This document shows, in pieces, positions 47,901 through 62,044 of a stretch of 64,000 bases of DNA (position 1 is its first letter; each line of letters opens with the position of its first letter). Source of the stretch: the human T2T-CHM13v2.0 reference genome, Homo sapiens; NCBI RefSeq assembly GCF_009914755.1, contig NC_060925.1; one strand, written 5' to 3'. A program made the position numbers and the translations under genes. Below the pieces are notes generated by a model that was not told the origin of the DNA, made no database searches, and saw only the letters and a list, made by a program, of their open reading frames with translations.

Positions 47901-50900
47901 CCGAATGGAATCATCATCCAACGGAAGCTAATGGAATCAACATCGAATGAATCGAATGGAAACACCATCGAATTGAAACGAATGGAATTATCATGAAATT
48001 GAAATGGATGGACTCATCATCGAATGGATTCGAATGGAATCATCGAATAAAATTGATTGAAATCATCATCCAATGGAATCGAATGGTATCATTGAATGGA
48101 ATCGAATGGAATCATCATCAGATGGAAATGAATGGAATCGTCATAGAATGGAATCGAATGGATTCATTGAATGGAATCAGATGGAATCATCGAATGGACT
48201 GGAATGGAATCATTGAATGGACTCGAAAGGGATCATGATTGAATGGAATTGAATGGAATCATCGAATGGTCTCGATTGGAATCATTATCAAATGGAATCG
48301 AATGGAATCACCGAATAGAATCGAATGGAACAATCATCGAATGGACTCAAATGGAATTATCCTCAAATGGAATCGAATGGAATTATCGAATGCAATCGAA
48401 TGGAATTATCGAATGCAATCGAATAGAATCATCGAATGGACTCGAATGGAATCATCGAATGGAATGGAATGGAACAGTCAATGAACTCGAATGGAATCAT
48501 CATTGAATGGAATCGAATGGAATCATCGAGTGGAACCGAATGGAATTATGATCAAATGGAATCGAATGTAATCATCATCAAATGGAATCAAAAATAACCA
48601 TTATCAATTGGTATTGAATGGAATTGTCATCAAATGGAATTCAAAGGAATCATCATCAAATGGAACCGAATGGAATCCTCATTGAATGGAAATGAAAGGG
48701 GTCATCATCTAATGGAATCGCATGGAATCATCATCAAATGGAATCGAATGGAATCATCATCAAATGGAATCTAATGGAATCATTGAACAGAATTGAATGG
48801 AATCGTCATCGAATGAATTGAATGCAATCATCGAATGGTCTCGAATGGAATCATCTTCTAATGGAAAGGAATGGAATCATCGCATAGAATCGAATGGAAT
48901 TATCATCGAATGGAATCGAATGGTATCAACACCAAACGGAAAAAAACGGAATTATCGAATGGAATCGAAGAGAATCTTCGAACGGACCCGAATGGAATCA
49001 TCTAATGGAATGGAATGGAATAATCCATGGACTCGAATGCAATCATCATCGAATGGAATCAAATGGAATCATCGAATGGACTCGAATGGAATAATCATTG
49101 AACGGAATCGAATGGAATCATCATCGGATGGAAACGAATGGAATCATCATCGAATGGAAATGAAAGGAGTCATCATCTAATGGAATTGCATGGAATCATC
49201 ATAAAATGGAATCGAATGGAATCAACATCAAATGGAATCAAATGGAATCATTGAACGGAATTGAATGGAATCGTCATCGAATGAATTGAATGCAATCATC
49301 GAATGGTCTCGAATGGAATCATCTTCAAATGGAATGGAATGGAATCATCGCATAGAATCGAATGGAATTATCATCGAATGGAATCGAATGGAATCAACAT
49401 CAAACGGAAAAAAACGGAATTATCGAATGGAATCGAAGAGAATCATCGAATGGACCCGAATGGAATCATCTAATGGAATGGAATGGAATAATCCATGGAC
49501 ACGAATGCAATCATCATCGAATGGAATCGAATGGAATCATCGAATGGACTCGAATGGAATAATCATTGAACGGAATCGAATGGAATCATCATCGGATGGA
49601 AATGAATGGAATCATCATCGAATGGAATCGAATAGAATTATGGAATGAAATCCAGTGTGATCATCATCGAATGGACCCGAATGGAATCATCATCCAACAG
49701 AAGCTAATGGAATCAACATCGAATGAATCGAATGGAAACACCATCGAATTCAAAGGAATGGAATTACCATGAAATTGAAATGGATGGACTCATCATCGAA
49801 TGGATTCGGATGGAATCATCGAATAAAATTGATTGAAATCATCATCGAATGAAATCGAATGGTATCATTGAATGGAATCGAATGGAATCATCATCAGATG
49901 GAAATGAATGGAATCGTCATAGAATGGAATCGAATGGATTCATTGAATGGAATCAGATGGAATCATCGAATGGACTGGAATGGAATTATTGAATGGACTC
50001 GAAAGGGATCATGATTGAATGGAATTGAATGGAATCATCGAATGGTCTCGATTGGAATCATTATCAAATGGAATCGAATGGAATCACCGAATAGAATCGA
50101 ATGGAACAATCATCGAATGGACTCAAATGGAATTATCCTTAAATGGAATCGAATGGAATTATCGAATGCAATCGAATAGAATCATCGAATGGACTCGAAT
50201 GGAATCATCGAACGGAATGGAATGGAACAGTCAATGAACTCGAATGGAATCATCATTGAATGGAATCGAATGGAATCATCGAGTGGAATCGAATGGAATT
50301 ATGATCAAATGGAATCGAATGTAATCATCATCAAATGGAATCAAAAATAACCATCATCAATTGGTATTGAATGGAATTGTCATCAAATGGAATTCAAAGG
50401 AATCATCATCAAATGGAACCGAATGGAATCCTCATTGAATGGAAATGAAAGGGGTCATCATCTAATGGAATCGCATGGAATCATCATCAAATGGAATCGA
50501 ATGGAATCATCATCAAATGGAATCTAATGGAATCATTGAACAGAATTGAATGGAATCGTCATCGAATGAATTGAATGCAATCATCGAATGGTCTCGAATG
50601 GAATCATCTTCTAATGGAAAGGAATGGAATCATCGCATAGAATCGAATGGAATTATCATCGAATGGAATCGAATGGTATCAACACCAAACGGAAAAAAAC
50701 GGAATTATCGAATGGAATCGAAGAGAATCTTCGAACGGACCCGAATGGAATCATCTAATGGAATGGAATGGAATAATCCATGGACTCGAATGCAATCATC
50801 ATCGAATGGAATCGAATGGAATCATCGAATGGACTCGAATGGAATAATCATTGAACGGAATCGAATGGAATCATCATCGGATGGAAACGAATGGAATCAT

Positions 50901-53900
50901 CATCGAATGGAAATGAAAGGAGTCATCATCTAATGGAATTGCATGGAATCATCATAAAATGGAATCGAATGGAATCAACATCAAATGGAATCAAATGGAA
51001 TCATTGAACGGAATTGAATGGAATCGTCATCGAATGAATTGACTGCAATCATCGAATGGTCTCGAATGTAATCAGATTCTAATGGAAAGGAATGGAATCA
51101 TCGCATAGAATCGAATGGAATTAACATTGAATGGACTCGAATGGAATCAACATCAAACGGAATCAAGCGGAATTATCGAATGGAATCGAAGAGAATCATC
51201 GAATGGTCTCGAATGGAATCATATTCTAATGGAAAGGAATGGAATTATCGCATAGAATCGAATGGAATTAACATTGAATGGACTCGAATGGAATCAACAT
51301 CAAATGGAATCAAGCGGAATTATCGAATGAAATCGAAGAGAATCATCGAATGGACTCGAATGGAATCATCTAATGGAATGGAATGGAATAATCCACGGAC
51401 TCGAATGCAATCATCATCGTATAGAATCGAATGGAATCATCGAATGGACTCGAATGGAATAACCATTGAACGGAAGCGAATGGAATCATCATCGGATGGA
51501 AACGAATGGAATCATCATCGAATGGAAATGTAAGGAGTCATCATCTAATGGAATTGCATGGAATCATCATAAAATGGAATCGAATGGAATCATCATCAAA
51601 TGGAATCAAATGGAATCATTGAACGGAATTGAATGGAATCGTCATCGAATGAATTGAATGCAATCATCGAATGGTCTCGAATGGAATCATCTTCAAATGG
51701 AATGGAATGGAATCATCGCATAGAATCGAATGGAATTATCATCGAATGGAATCGAATGGTATCAACATCAAACGGAAAAAAACGGAATTATCGAATGGAA
51801 TCGAAGAGAATCTTCGAACGGACCCGAATGGAATCATCTAATGGAATGGAATGGAATAATCCATGGACTCGAATGCAATTATCATCGAATGGAATCGAAT
51901 GGAATCTTTGAATGGACTCGAATGGAATAATCATTGAACGGAATCGAATGGAATCATCATCGGATGGAAACGAATGGAATCATCATCGAATGGAAATGAA
52001 AGGAGTCATCATCTAATGGAATTGCATGGAATCATCATAAAATGGAATCGAATGGAATCAACATCAAATGGAATCAAATGGAATCATTGAACGGAATTGA
52101 ATGGAATCGTCATCGAATGAATTGAATGCAATCATCGAATGGTCTCGAATGGAATCATCTTCAAATGGAATGGAATGGAATCATCGCATAGAATCGAATG
52201 GAATTATCATCGAATGGAATCGAATGGAATCAACATCAAACGGAAAAAAACGGAATTATCGAATGGAATCGAAGAGAATCATCGAATGGACCCGAATGGA
52301 ATCATCTAATGGAATGGAATGGAATAATCCATGGACTCGAATGCAATCATCATCGAATGGAATCGAATGGAATCATCGAATGGACTCAAATGGAATAATC
52401 ATTGAACGGAATCGAATGGAATCATCATCGGATGGAAATGAATGGAATCATCATCGAATGGAATCGAATAGAATTATGGAATGAAATCCAGTGTGATCAT
52501 CATCGAATGGACCCGAATGGAATCATCATCCAACAGAAGCTAATGGAATCAACCTCGAATGAATCGAATGGAAACACCATCGATTTCAAACGAATGGAAT
52601 TACCATGAAATTGAAATGGATGGACTCATCATCGAATGGATTCGGATGGAATCATCGAATAAAATTGATTGAAATCATCATCGAATGAAATCGAATGGTA
52701 TCATTGAATGGAATCGAATGGAATCATCATCAGATGGAAATGAATGGAATCGTCATAGAATGGAATCGAATGGATTCATTGAATGGAATCAGATGGAATC
52801 ATCGAATGGACTGGAATGGAATCATTGAATGGACTCGAAAGGGATCATGATTGAATGGAATTGAATGGAATCATCGAATGGTCTCGATTGGAATCATTAT
52901 CAAATGGAATCGAATGGAATCACCGAATAGAATCGAATGGAACAATCATCGAATGGACTCAAATGGAATTATCCTTAAATGGAATCGAATGGAATTATCG
53001 AATGCAATCGAATAGAATCATCGAATGGACTCGAATGGAATCATCGAACGGAATGGAATGGAACAGTCAATGAACTCGAATGGAATCATCATTGAATGGA
53101 ATCGAATGGAATCATCGAGTGGAATCGAATGGAATTATGATCAAATGGAATCGAATGTAATCATCATCAAATGGAATCAAAAATAACCATCATCAATTGG
53201 TATTGAATGGAATTGTCATCAAATGGAATTCAAAGGAATCATCATCAAATGGAACCGAATGGAATCCTCATTGAATGGAAATGAAAGGGGTCATCATCTA
53301 ATGGAATCGCATGGAATCATCGTCAAATGGAATCGAATGGAATCATCATCAAATGGAATCTAATGGAATCATTGAACAGAATTGAATGGAATCGTCATCG
53401 AATGAATTGAATGCAATCATCGAATGGTCTCGAATGGAATCATCTTCTAATGGAAAGGAATGGAATCATCGCATAGAATCGAATGGAATTATCATCGAAT
53501 GGAATCGAATGGTATCAACACCAAACGGAAAAAAACGGAATTATCGAATGGAATCGAAGAGAATCTTCGAACGGACCCGAATGGAATCATCTAATGGAAT
53601 GGAATGGAATAATCCATGGACTCGAATGCAATCATCATCGAATGGAATCGAATGGAATCATCGAATGGACTCGAATGGAATAATCATTGAACGGAATCGA
53701 ATGGAATCATCATCGGATGGAAACGAATGGAATCATCATCGAATGGAAATGAAAGGAGTCATCATCTAATGGAATTGCATGGAATCATCATAAAATGGAA
53801 TCGAATGGAATCAACATCAAATGGAATCAAATGGAATCATTGAACGGAATTGAATGGAATCGTCATCAAATGAATTGACTGTAATCATCGAATGGTCTCG

Positions 53901-54060
53901 AATGTAATCAGATTCTAATGGAAAGGAATGGAATCATCGCATAGAATCGAATGGAATGAACATTGAATGGACTCGAATGGAATCAACATCAAACGGAATC
54001 AAGCGGAATTATCGAATGGAATCGAAGAGAATCATCGAATGGTCTCGAATGGAATCATCT
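38960..54060. repeat. Sub-domain of long variant monomers (2,859/2,836 bp) alternating with 1,776-bp units, forming a local 4,612-bp higher-order repeat
   Basis: Landmark intervals from 37686 run 2859, 2836, 1776, 2836, 1776, 2836, 1900. Long units have four sub-units plus a 147-bp duplication, and the 2,836-bp units also lack one 23-mer. Private SNPs include CAACAGAAG, TTCGGATGG, CCTTAAAT and GAATCTTTG. Confidence 0.9.
38991..39284. repeat. 147-bp tandem duplication inside a sub-unit (also at 41827, 46439, 51051, and chimeric at 53887)
   Basis: ATCGAATGGTCTCGAATG starts at 38991 and 39138. Both copies carry TTAACATTGAATGGACTCG and GGAATCAAGCGG. Confidence 0.92.
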
Positions 54061-57000
54061 TCAAATGGAATGGAATGGAATCATCGCATAGAATCGAATG
54101 GAATTATCATCGAATGGAATCGAATGGAATCAACATCAAACGGAAAAAAACGGAATTATCGAATGGAATCGAAGAGAATCATAGAATGGTCCCGAATGGA
54201 ATCGTCTAATGGAATGGAATGGAATAATCCATGGACTCGAATGCAATCATCATCGAATGGAATCGAATGGAATCATCGAATGGACTCGAATGGAATAATC
54301 ATCGAACGGAATCGAATGGAATCATCATCGGATGGAAATGAATAGAATCATCATCGAATGGAATCGAATAGAATTATGGAATGAAATCCAGTGTGATCAT
54401 CATCGAATGGACCCGAATGGAATCATCATCCAACGGAAGCTAATGGAATCAACATCGAATGAATCGAATGGAAACACCATCGAATTGAAACGAATGGAAT
54501 TATCATGAAATTGAAATGGATGGACTCATCATCGAATGGATTCGAATGGAATCATCGAATAAAATTGATTGAAATCATCATCAAATGGAATCGAATGGTA
54601 TCATTGAATGGAATCGAATGGAATCATCATCAGATGGAAATGAATGGAATCGTCATAGAATGGAATCGAATGGATTCATTGAATGGAATCAGATGGAATC
54701 ATCGAATGGACTGGAATGGAATCATTGAATGGACTCGAAAGGGATCATGATTGAATGGAATTGAATGGAATCATCGAATGGTCTCGATTGGAATCATTAT
54801 CAAATGGAATCGAATGGAATCACCGAATAGAATCGAATGGAACAATCATCGAATGGAGTCAAATGGAATTATCCTCAAATGGAATCGAATGGAATTATCG
54901 AATGCAATCGAATGGAATTATCGAATGCAATCGAATAGAATCATCGAATGGGCTCGAATGGAATCATCGAATGGAATGGAATGGAACAGTCAATGAACTC
55001 GAATGGAATCATCATTGAATGGAATCGAATGCAATCATCGAGTGGAATCGAATGGAATTATGATCAAATGCAATCGAATGTAATCATCATCAAATGGAAT
55101 CAAAAATAACCATCATCAATTGGTATTGAATGGAATTGTCATCAAATGGAATTCAAAGGAATCATCACCAAATGGAACCGAAAGGAATCCTCATTGAATG
55201 GAAATGAAAGGGGTCATCATCTAATGGAATCGCATGGAATCATCATCAAATGGAATCGAATGGAATCATCATCAGATGGAATCTAATGGAATCATTGAAC
55301 AGAATTGAATGGAATCGTCATCGAATGAATTGAATGCAATCATCGAATGGTCTCGAACGGAATCATCTTCTAATGGAAAGGAATGGAATCATCGCATAGA
55401 ATCGAATGGAATTAACATTGAATGGACTCGAATGGAATCAACATCAAACGGAATCAAGCGGAATTATCGAATGGAATCGAAGAGAATCATCGAATGGACT
55501 CGAATGGAATCATCTAATGGAATGGAATGGAATAATCCACGGACTCGAATGCAATCATCATCGTATAGAATCGAATGGAATCATCGAAAGGACTCGAAAG
55601 GAATAATCATTGAACGGAATCGAATGGAATCATCATCGGATGGAAACGAATGGAATCATCATCGAATGGAAATGAAAGGAGTCATCATCTAATGGAATTG
55701 CATGGAATCATCATAAAATGGAATCGAATGGAATCATCATCAAATGGAATCAAATGGAATCATTGAACGGAATTGAATGGAATCGTCATCGAATGAATTG
55801 AATGCAATCATCGAATGGTCTCGAATGGAATCATCTTCAAATGGAATGGAATGGAATCATCGCATAGAATCGAATGGAATTATCATCGAATGGAATCGAA
55901 TGGAATCAACATCAAATGGAAAAAAACGGAATTATCGAATGGAATCGAAGAGAATCATCGAATGGACCCGAATGGAATCATCTAATGGAATGGAATGGAA
56001 TAATCCATGGACACGAATGCAATCATCATCGAATGGAATCGAATGGAATCATCGAATGGACTCGAATGGAATAATCATCAAACGGAATCGAATGGAATCA
56101 TCATCGGATGGAAATGAATAGAATCATCATCGAATGGAATCGAATAGAATTATGGAATGAAATCCAGTGTGATCATCATCGAATGGACCCGAATGGAATC
56201 ATCATCCAACGGAAGCTAATGGAATCAACATCGAATGAATCGAATGGAAACACCATCGAATTGAAACGAATGGAATTATCATGAAATTGAAATGGATGGA
56301 CTCATCATCGAATGGATTCGAATGGAATCATCGAATAAAATTGATTGAAATCATCATCAAATGGAATCGAATGGTATCATTGAATGGAATCGAATGGAAT
56401 CATCATCAGATGGAAATGAATGGAATCGTCATAGAATGGAATCGAATGGATTCATTGAATGGAATCAGATGGAATCATCGAATGGACTGGAATGGAATCA
56501 CTGAATGGACTCGAAAGGGATCATCATTGAATGGAATTGAATGGAATCATCGAATGGTCTCGATTGGAATCATTATCAAATGGAATCGAATGAAATCACC
56601 GAATAGAATCGAATGGAACAATCATCGAATGGACTCAAATGGAATTATCTTCAAATGGAATCGAATGGAATTATCGAATGCAATCGAATGGAATTATCGA
56701 ATGCAATCGAATAGAATCATCGAATGGACTCGAATGGAATCATCAAATGGAATGGAATGGAACAGTCAATGAACTCGAATGGAATCATCATTGAATGGAA
56801 TCGAATGGAATCATCGAGTGGAATCGAATGGAATTATGATCAAATGGAATCGAATGTAATCATCATCAAATGGAATCAAAAATAACCATCATCAATTGGT
56901 ATTGTATGGATTTGTCATCAAATGGAATTCAAAGGAATCATCATCAAATGGAACCGAATGGAATCCTCATTGAATGGAAATGAAAGGGGTCATCATCTAA

Positions 57001-58056
57001 TGGAATCGCATGGAATCATCATCAAATGGAATCGAATGCAATCTTCATCAAATGGAATCTAATGGAATCATTGAACAGAATTGAATGGAATCGTCATCGA
57101 ATGAATTGAATGCAATCATCGAATGGTCTCGAATGGAATCATCTTCTAATGGAAAGGAATGGAATCATCGCATAGAATCGAATGGAATTAACATTGAATG
57201 GACTCGAATGGAATCCACATCAAACGGAATCAAGCGGAATTATCGAATGGAATCGAAGAGAATCATCGAATGGACTCGAATGGAATCATCTAATGGAATG
57301 GAATGGAATAATCCACGGACTCGAATGCAATCATCATCGTATAGAATCGAATGGAATCATCGAATGGACTCGAATGGAATAATCATTGAACGGAATCAAA
57401 TGGAATCATCATCGGATGGAAACGAATGGAATCATCATCGAATGGAAATGAAAAGAGTCATCATCTAATGGAATTGCATGGAATCATCATAAAATGGAAT
57501 CGAATGGAATCAACATCAAATGGAATCAAATGGAATCATTGAACGGAATTGAATGGAATCGTCATCGAATGAATTGAATGCAATCATCGAATGGTCTCGA
57601 ATGGAATCATCTTCAAATGGAATGGTATGGAATCCTCGCATAGAATCGAATGTAATTATCATCGAATGGAATCGAATGAAATCAACAACAAACGGAAAAA
57701 AAAGGAATTATCGAATGGAATCGAAGAGAATCATCGAATGGACCCGAATGGAATGATCTAATGGAATGGAATGGAATAATCCATGGACTCGAATGCAATC
57801 ATCATCGAATGGAATCGAATCGAATCATCGAATGGACTCGAATGGAATAATCATTGAACGGAATCGCATGGAGGCATCATCGGATGGAACTGAATGGAAT
57901 CATCATCGAATGGAATCGAATAGAATTATGGAATGAAATCCAGGGTGATCATCATCGAATGGACCCGAATGGAATCATCATCCCACGGAAGCTAATGGAA
58001 TCAACATCGAATGAATCGAATGGAAACACCATCGAATTGAAACGAATGGAATTATC

Positions 58057-60736
58057 ATGAAAGTGAAATGGATGGACTCGTCATCGAATGGATTCGAATG
58101 GAATCATCGAATAAAATTGATTGAAATCATCATCAAGTGGAATCGAATGGTATCATTGAATGGAATCGAATGGAATCATCAGATGGAAATGAATTGAATC
58201 GTCATAGAATGGAATCGAATGGATTCATTGAATGGAATCAGATGGAATCATCGAATGGACTGGAATGGAATCATTGAATGGACTCGAAAGGGATCATTAT
58301 TGAATGGAATTGAATGGAATCATCGAATGGTCTCGATTGGAATCATTATCAAATGCAATCGAATGGAATCACCGAATAGAATCGAATGGAACAATCATCG
58401 AATGGACACAAATAGAATTATCCTCAAATGGAATCGAATGGAATTATCGAATGCAATCGAATGGAATTATCGAATGCAATCGAATAGAATCATCGAATAG
58501 ATTCGAATGGAATCATCGAATGGAATGGAATGGAACAGTCAATGAACTCGAATGGAATCATCATTGAATGGAATCAAATGGAATCATCGAGTGGAATCGA
58601 ATGGAATTTTGATCAAAAAGAATCGAATGTAATAATCATCAAATGGAATCAAAAATAACCATCATCAATTGGTATTGAATGGAATTGTCATCAAATGGAA
58701 TTCAAAGGAATCATCATCAAATGGAACCGAATGGAATCCTCATTGAATGGAAATGAAAGGGGTCATCATCTAATGGAATCACATGGAATCATCATCAAAT
58801 GGAATCGAAAGGAATCATCATCAAATGGAATCTAATGGAATCATTGAACAGAATTGAATGGAATCGTCATCGAATGAATTGAATACAATCATCGAATGGT
58901 CTCGAATGGAATCATCTTCTAATGGAAAGGAATGGAATCATCGCATAGAATCGAATGGAATTAACATTGAATGGACTCGAATGGAATCAACATCTAACGG
59001 AATCAAGCGGAATTATCGAATGTAATCGAAGAGAACCATCGAATGGACTCGAATGGAATCATCTAATGGAATGGAATGGAATAATCCACGGACCCGAATG
59101 CAATCATCATCGTATAGAATCGAATGGAATCATTGAATGGACTCGAATGGAATCATCATTGAACGCAATCGAATGGAATCATCATCGGATGGAAACGAAT
59201 GGAATTATCATCGAATGGAAATGAAAGGAGTCATCATCTAATGGAATCGCATGGAATCATCATAAAATGGAATCGAATGGAATCAACATCAAATGGAATC
59301 AAATGGAATCATTGAACGGAATTGAATGGAATCGTCATCGTATGAATTGAATGCAATCATCGAATGGTCTCGAATGGAATCATCTTCAAATGGAATGGAA
59401 TGGAATCATCGCATAGAATCGAATGGAATTATCATCGAATGGAATCGAAAGGTATCAACATCAAACGGAAAAAAACGGAATTATCGAATGGAATCGAAGA
59501 GAATCATCGAACGGACCCGAATGGAATCATCTAATGGAAAGGAATGGAATAATCCATGGACTCGAATCCAATAATCATCGAATGGAATCGAATGGAATCA
59601 TTGAAAGGACTCTAATGGAATAATCATTGAACGGAATCGAATGGAATCATCATCGAATGGAAACTAATGGAATCATCATCGAATGGAAATGAAAGGAGTC
59701 ATCTAATGGAATTGCACGGAATCAACATAAAATGGAATCGAATGGAATCAACATCAAATGGAATGAAATGGAATCATTGAACGGAATTGAATGGAATCTT
59801 CATCGAATGAATTGAATGCAATCATCGAATGGTCTCGAATGGAATCATCTTCTAATGGAAAGTAATGGAATCATCGCATAGAATCGAATGGAATTAAAAT
59901 TGAATGGACTCGAATGGAATCAACATCAAACGGAAAAAAAGGGAATTATCGAATGGAATCGAAGAGAATCATCGAATGGACCCGAATGGAATCATCTAAT
60001 GGAATGGAATGGAATAATCCATGGACTCGAATGCAATCATCATCGAATGGAATCGAATGGAATCATCGAATGGACTCGAATGGAATAATCATTGAACGGA
60101 ATCGAATGGAATCATCATCGGATGGAAACGAATGGAATCATCATCGAATGGAAATGAAAGGAGTCATGTAATGGAATTACATGGAATCATCATAAAATGG
60201 AATTGAATGGAATCAACATCAAATGGAATCCAATGGAATCATTGAACGGAATTGAATGAATCGTCTTCGAATCAATTGAATGCAATCATCGAATGGTCTC
60301 GAATGGAATCATGTTCAAATGGAATGGAATGGAATCATCGCATAGAATCGAATGTAATTATCGTCGAATGGAATCGAATGAAATCAACAACAAACGGAAA
60401 AAAAAAGGAATTATCGAATGGAATCAAAGAGAATCATCGAATGGACCCGAATGGAATCATCTAATGGAATGGAATGGAATAATCCATGGACTCGAATGCA
60501 ATCATCATCGAATGGACTCGAATGGAATAATCATAGAACGGAATCGAATGGAATCATCATCGGATGGAAATTAATGGAATCATCATCGAATGGAATCGAA
60601 TAGAATTATGGAATGAAATCCAGTGTGATCATCATCGAATGCACCCGAATGGAATCATCATCCAACGGAATCTAATGGAAACAACATCGAATGAATCGAA
60701 TGGAAACACCATCGAATTGAAACGAGTGGAATTATC
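58057..60736. repeat. Diverged 2,680-bp monomer (four sub-units, several small indels)
   Basis: 1,776 + 2x468 - 32. There are 3-bp ATC losses near 58178, 59700 and 60165, a 1-bp loss near 60257, a 1-bp gain in the A-run near 60400 and a 23-bp loss near 60510, plus many private substitutions. Confidence 0.82.
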
Positions 60737-62044
60737 ATGAAATTGAAATGGATGGACTCATCATCGAATGGATTCGAATGGAATCATCGAATAAAATTGA
60801 TTGAAATCATCATCAAATGGAATCGAATGGTATCATTGAATGGAATCGAATGGAATCATCATCAGATGGAAATGAATGGAATCGTCATAGAATGGAATCG
60901 AATGGATTCATTGAATGGAATCAGATGGAATCATCGAATGGACTGGAATGGAATCATTGAATGGACTCGAGAGGGATCATTATTGAATGGAATTGAATGG
61001 AATCATGGAATGGTCTCGATTGGAATCATTATCAAATGGAATCGAATGGAATCACCGAACAGAATCGAATGGAACCATCATCGAATGGACTCCAATGGAA
61101 TTATCCTCAAATGGAATCGAATGGAATTATCGAATGCAATCGAATGGAATTATCGAATGCAGTCGAATAGAATCATCGAATGGACTCGAATGGAATCATC
61201 GAATGGAATGGAATGGAACAGTCAATGAACTCGAATGGAATCATCATTGAATGGAATCGAATGGAATCATCGAGTGGAATCGAATGGAATTATGATCAAA
61301 TGGAATCGAATGTAATCATCATCAAATGGAATCAAAGATAACCATCATCAATTGGTATTGAATGGAATTGTCATCAAATGGAATTCAAAGGAATCTTCAC
61401 CAAATGGAACCGAAAGGAATCCTCATTGAATGGAAATGAAAGGGGTCATCATCTAATGGAATCGCATGCAATCATCATCAAATGGAATCGAATGGAATCA
61501 TCATCAGATGGAATCTAATGGAATCATTGAACAGAATTGAATGGAATCGTCATCGAATGAATTGAATGCAATCATCGAATGGTCTCGAATGGAATCATCT
61601 TCAAATGGAATGGAATGGAATCATCGCATAGAATCGAATGGAATTATCATCGAATGGAATCGAATGGAATCAACATCAAACGGAAAAAAACGGAATTATC
61701 GAATGGAATCGAAGAGAATCATAGAATGGTCCCGAATGGAATCGTCTAATGGAATGGAATGGAATAATCCATGGACTCGAATGCAATCATCATCGAATGG
61801 AATCGAATGGAATCATCGAATGGACTCGAATGGAATAATCATTGAACGGAATCGAATGGAATCATCATCGGATGGAAATGAATGGAATCATTATCGAATG
61901 GAATCGAATAGAATTATGGAATGAAATCCAGTGTCATCATCATCGAATGGACCTGAATGGAATCATCATCCAACGGAAGCTAATGGAATCAACATCGAAT
62001 GAATCGAATGGAAACACCATCGAATTGAAACGAGTGGAATTATC
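60737..62044. repeat. Variant 1,308-bp monomer (single sub-unit; 1,776 - 468)
   Basis: Only one ATGGAATCGTCATCGAATGAATTG (61541) and one A7 tract lie between landmarks 60737 and 62045. Confidence 0.92.
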
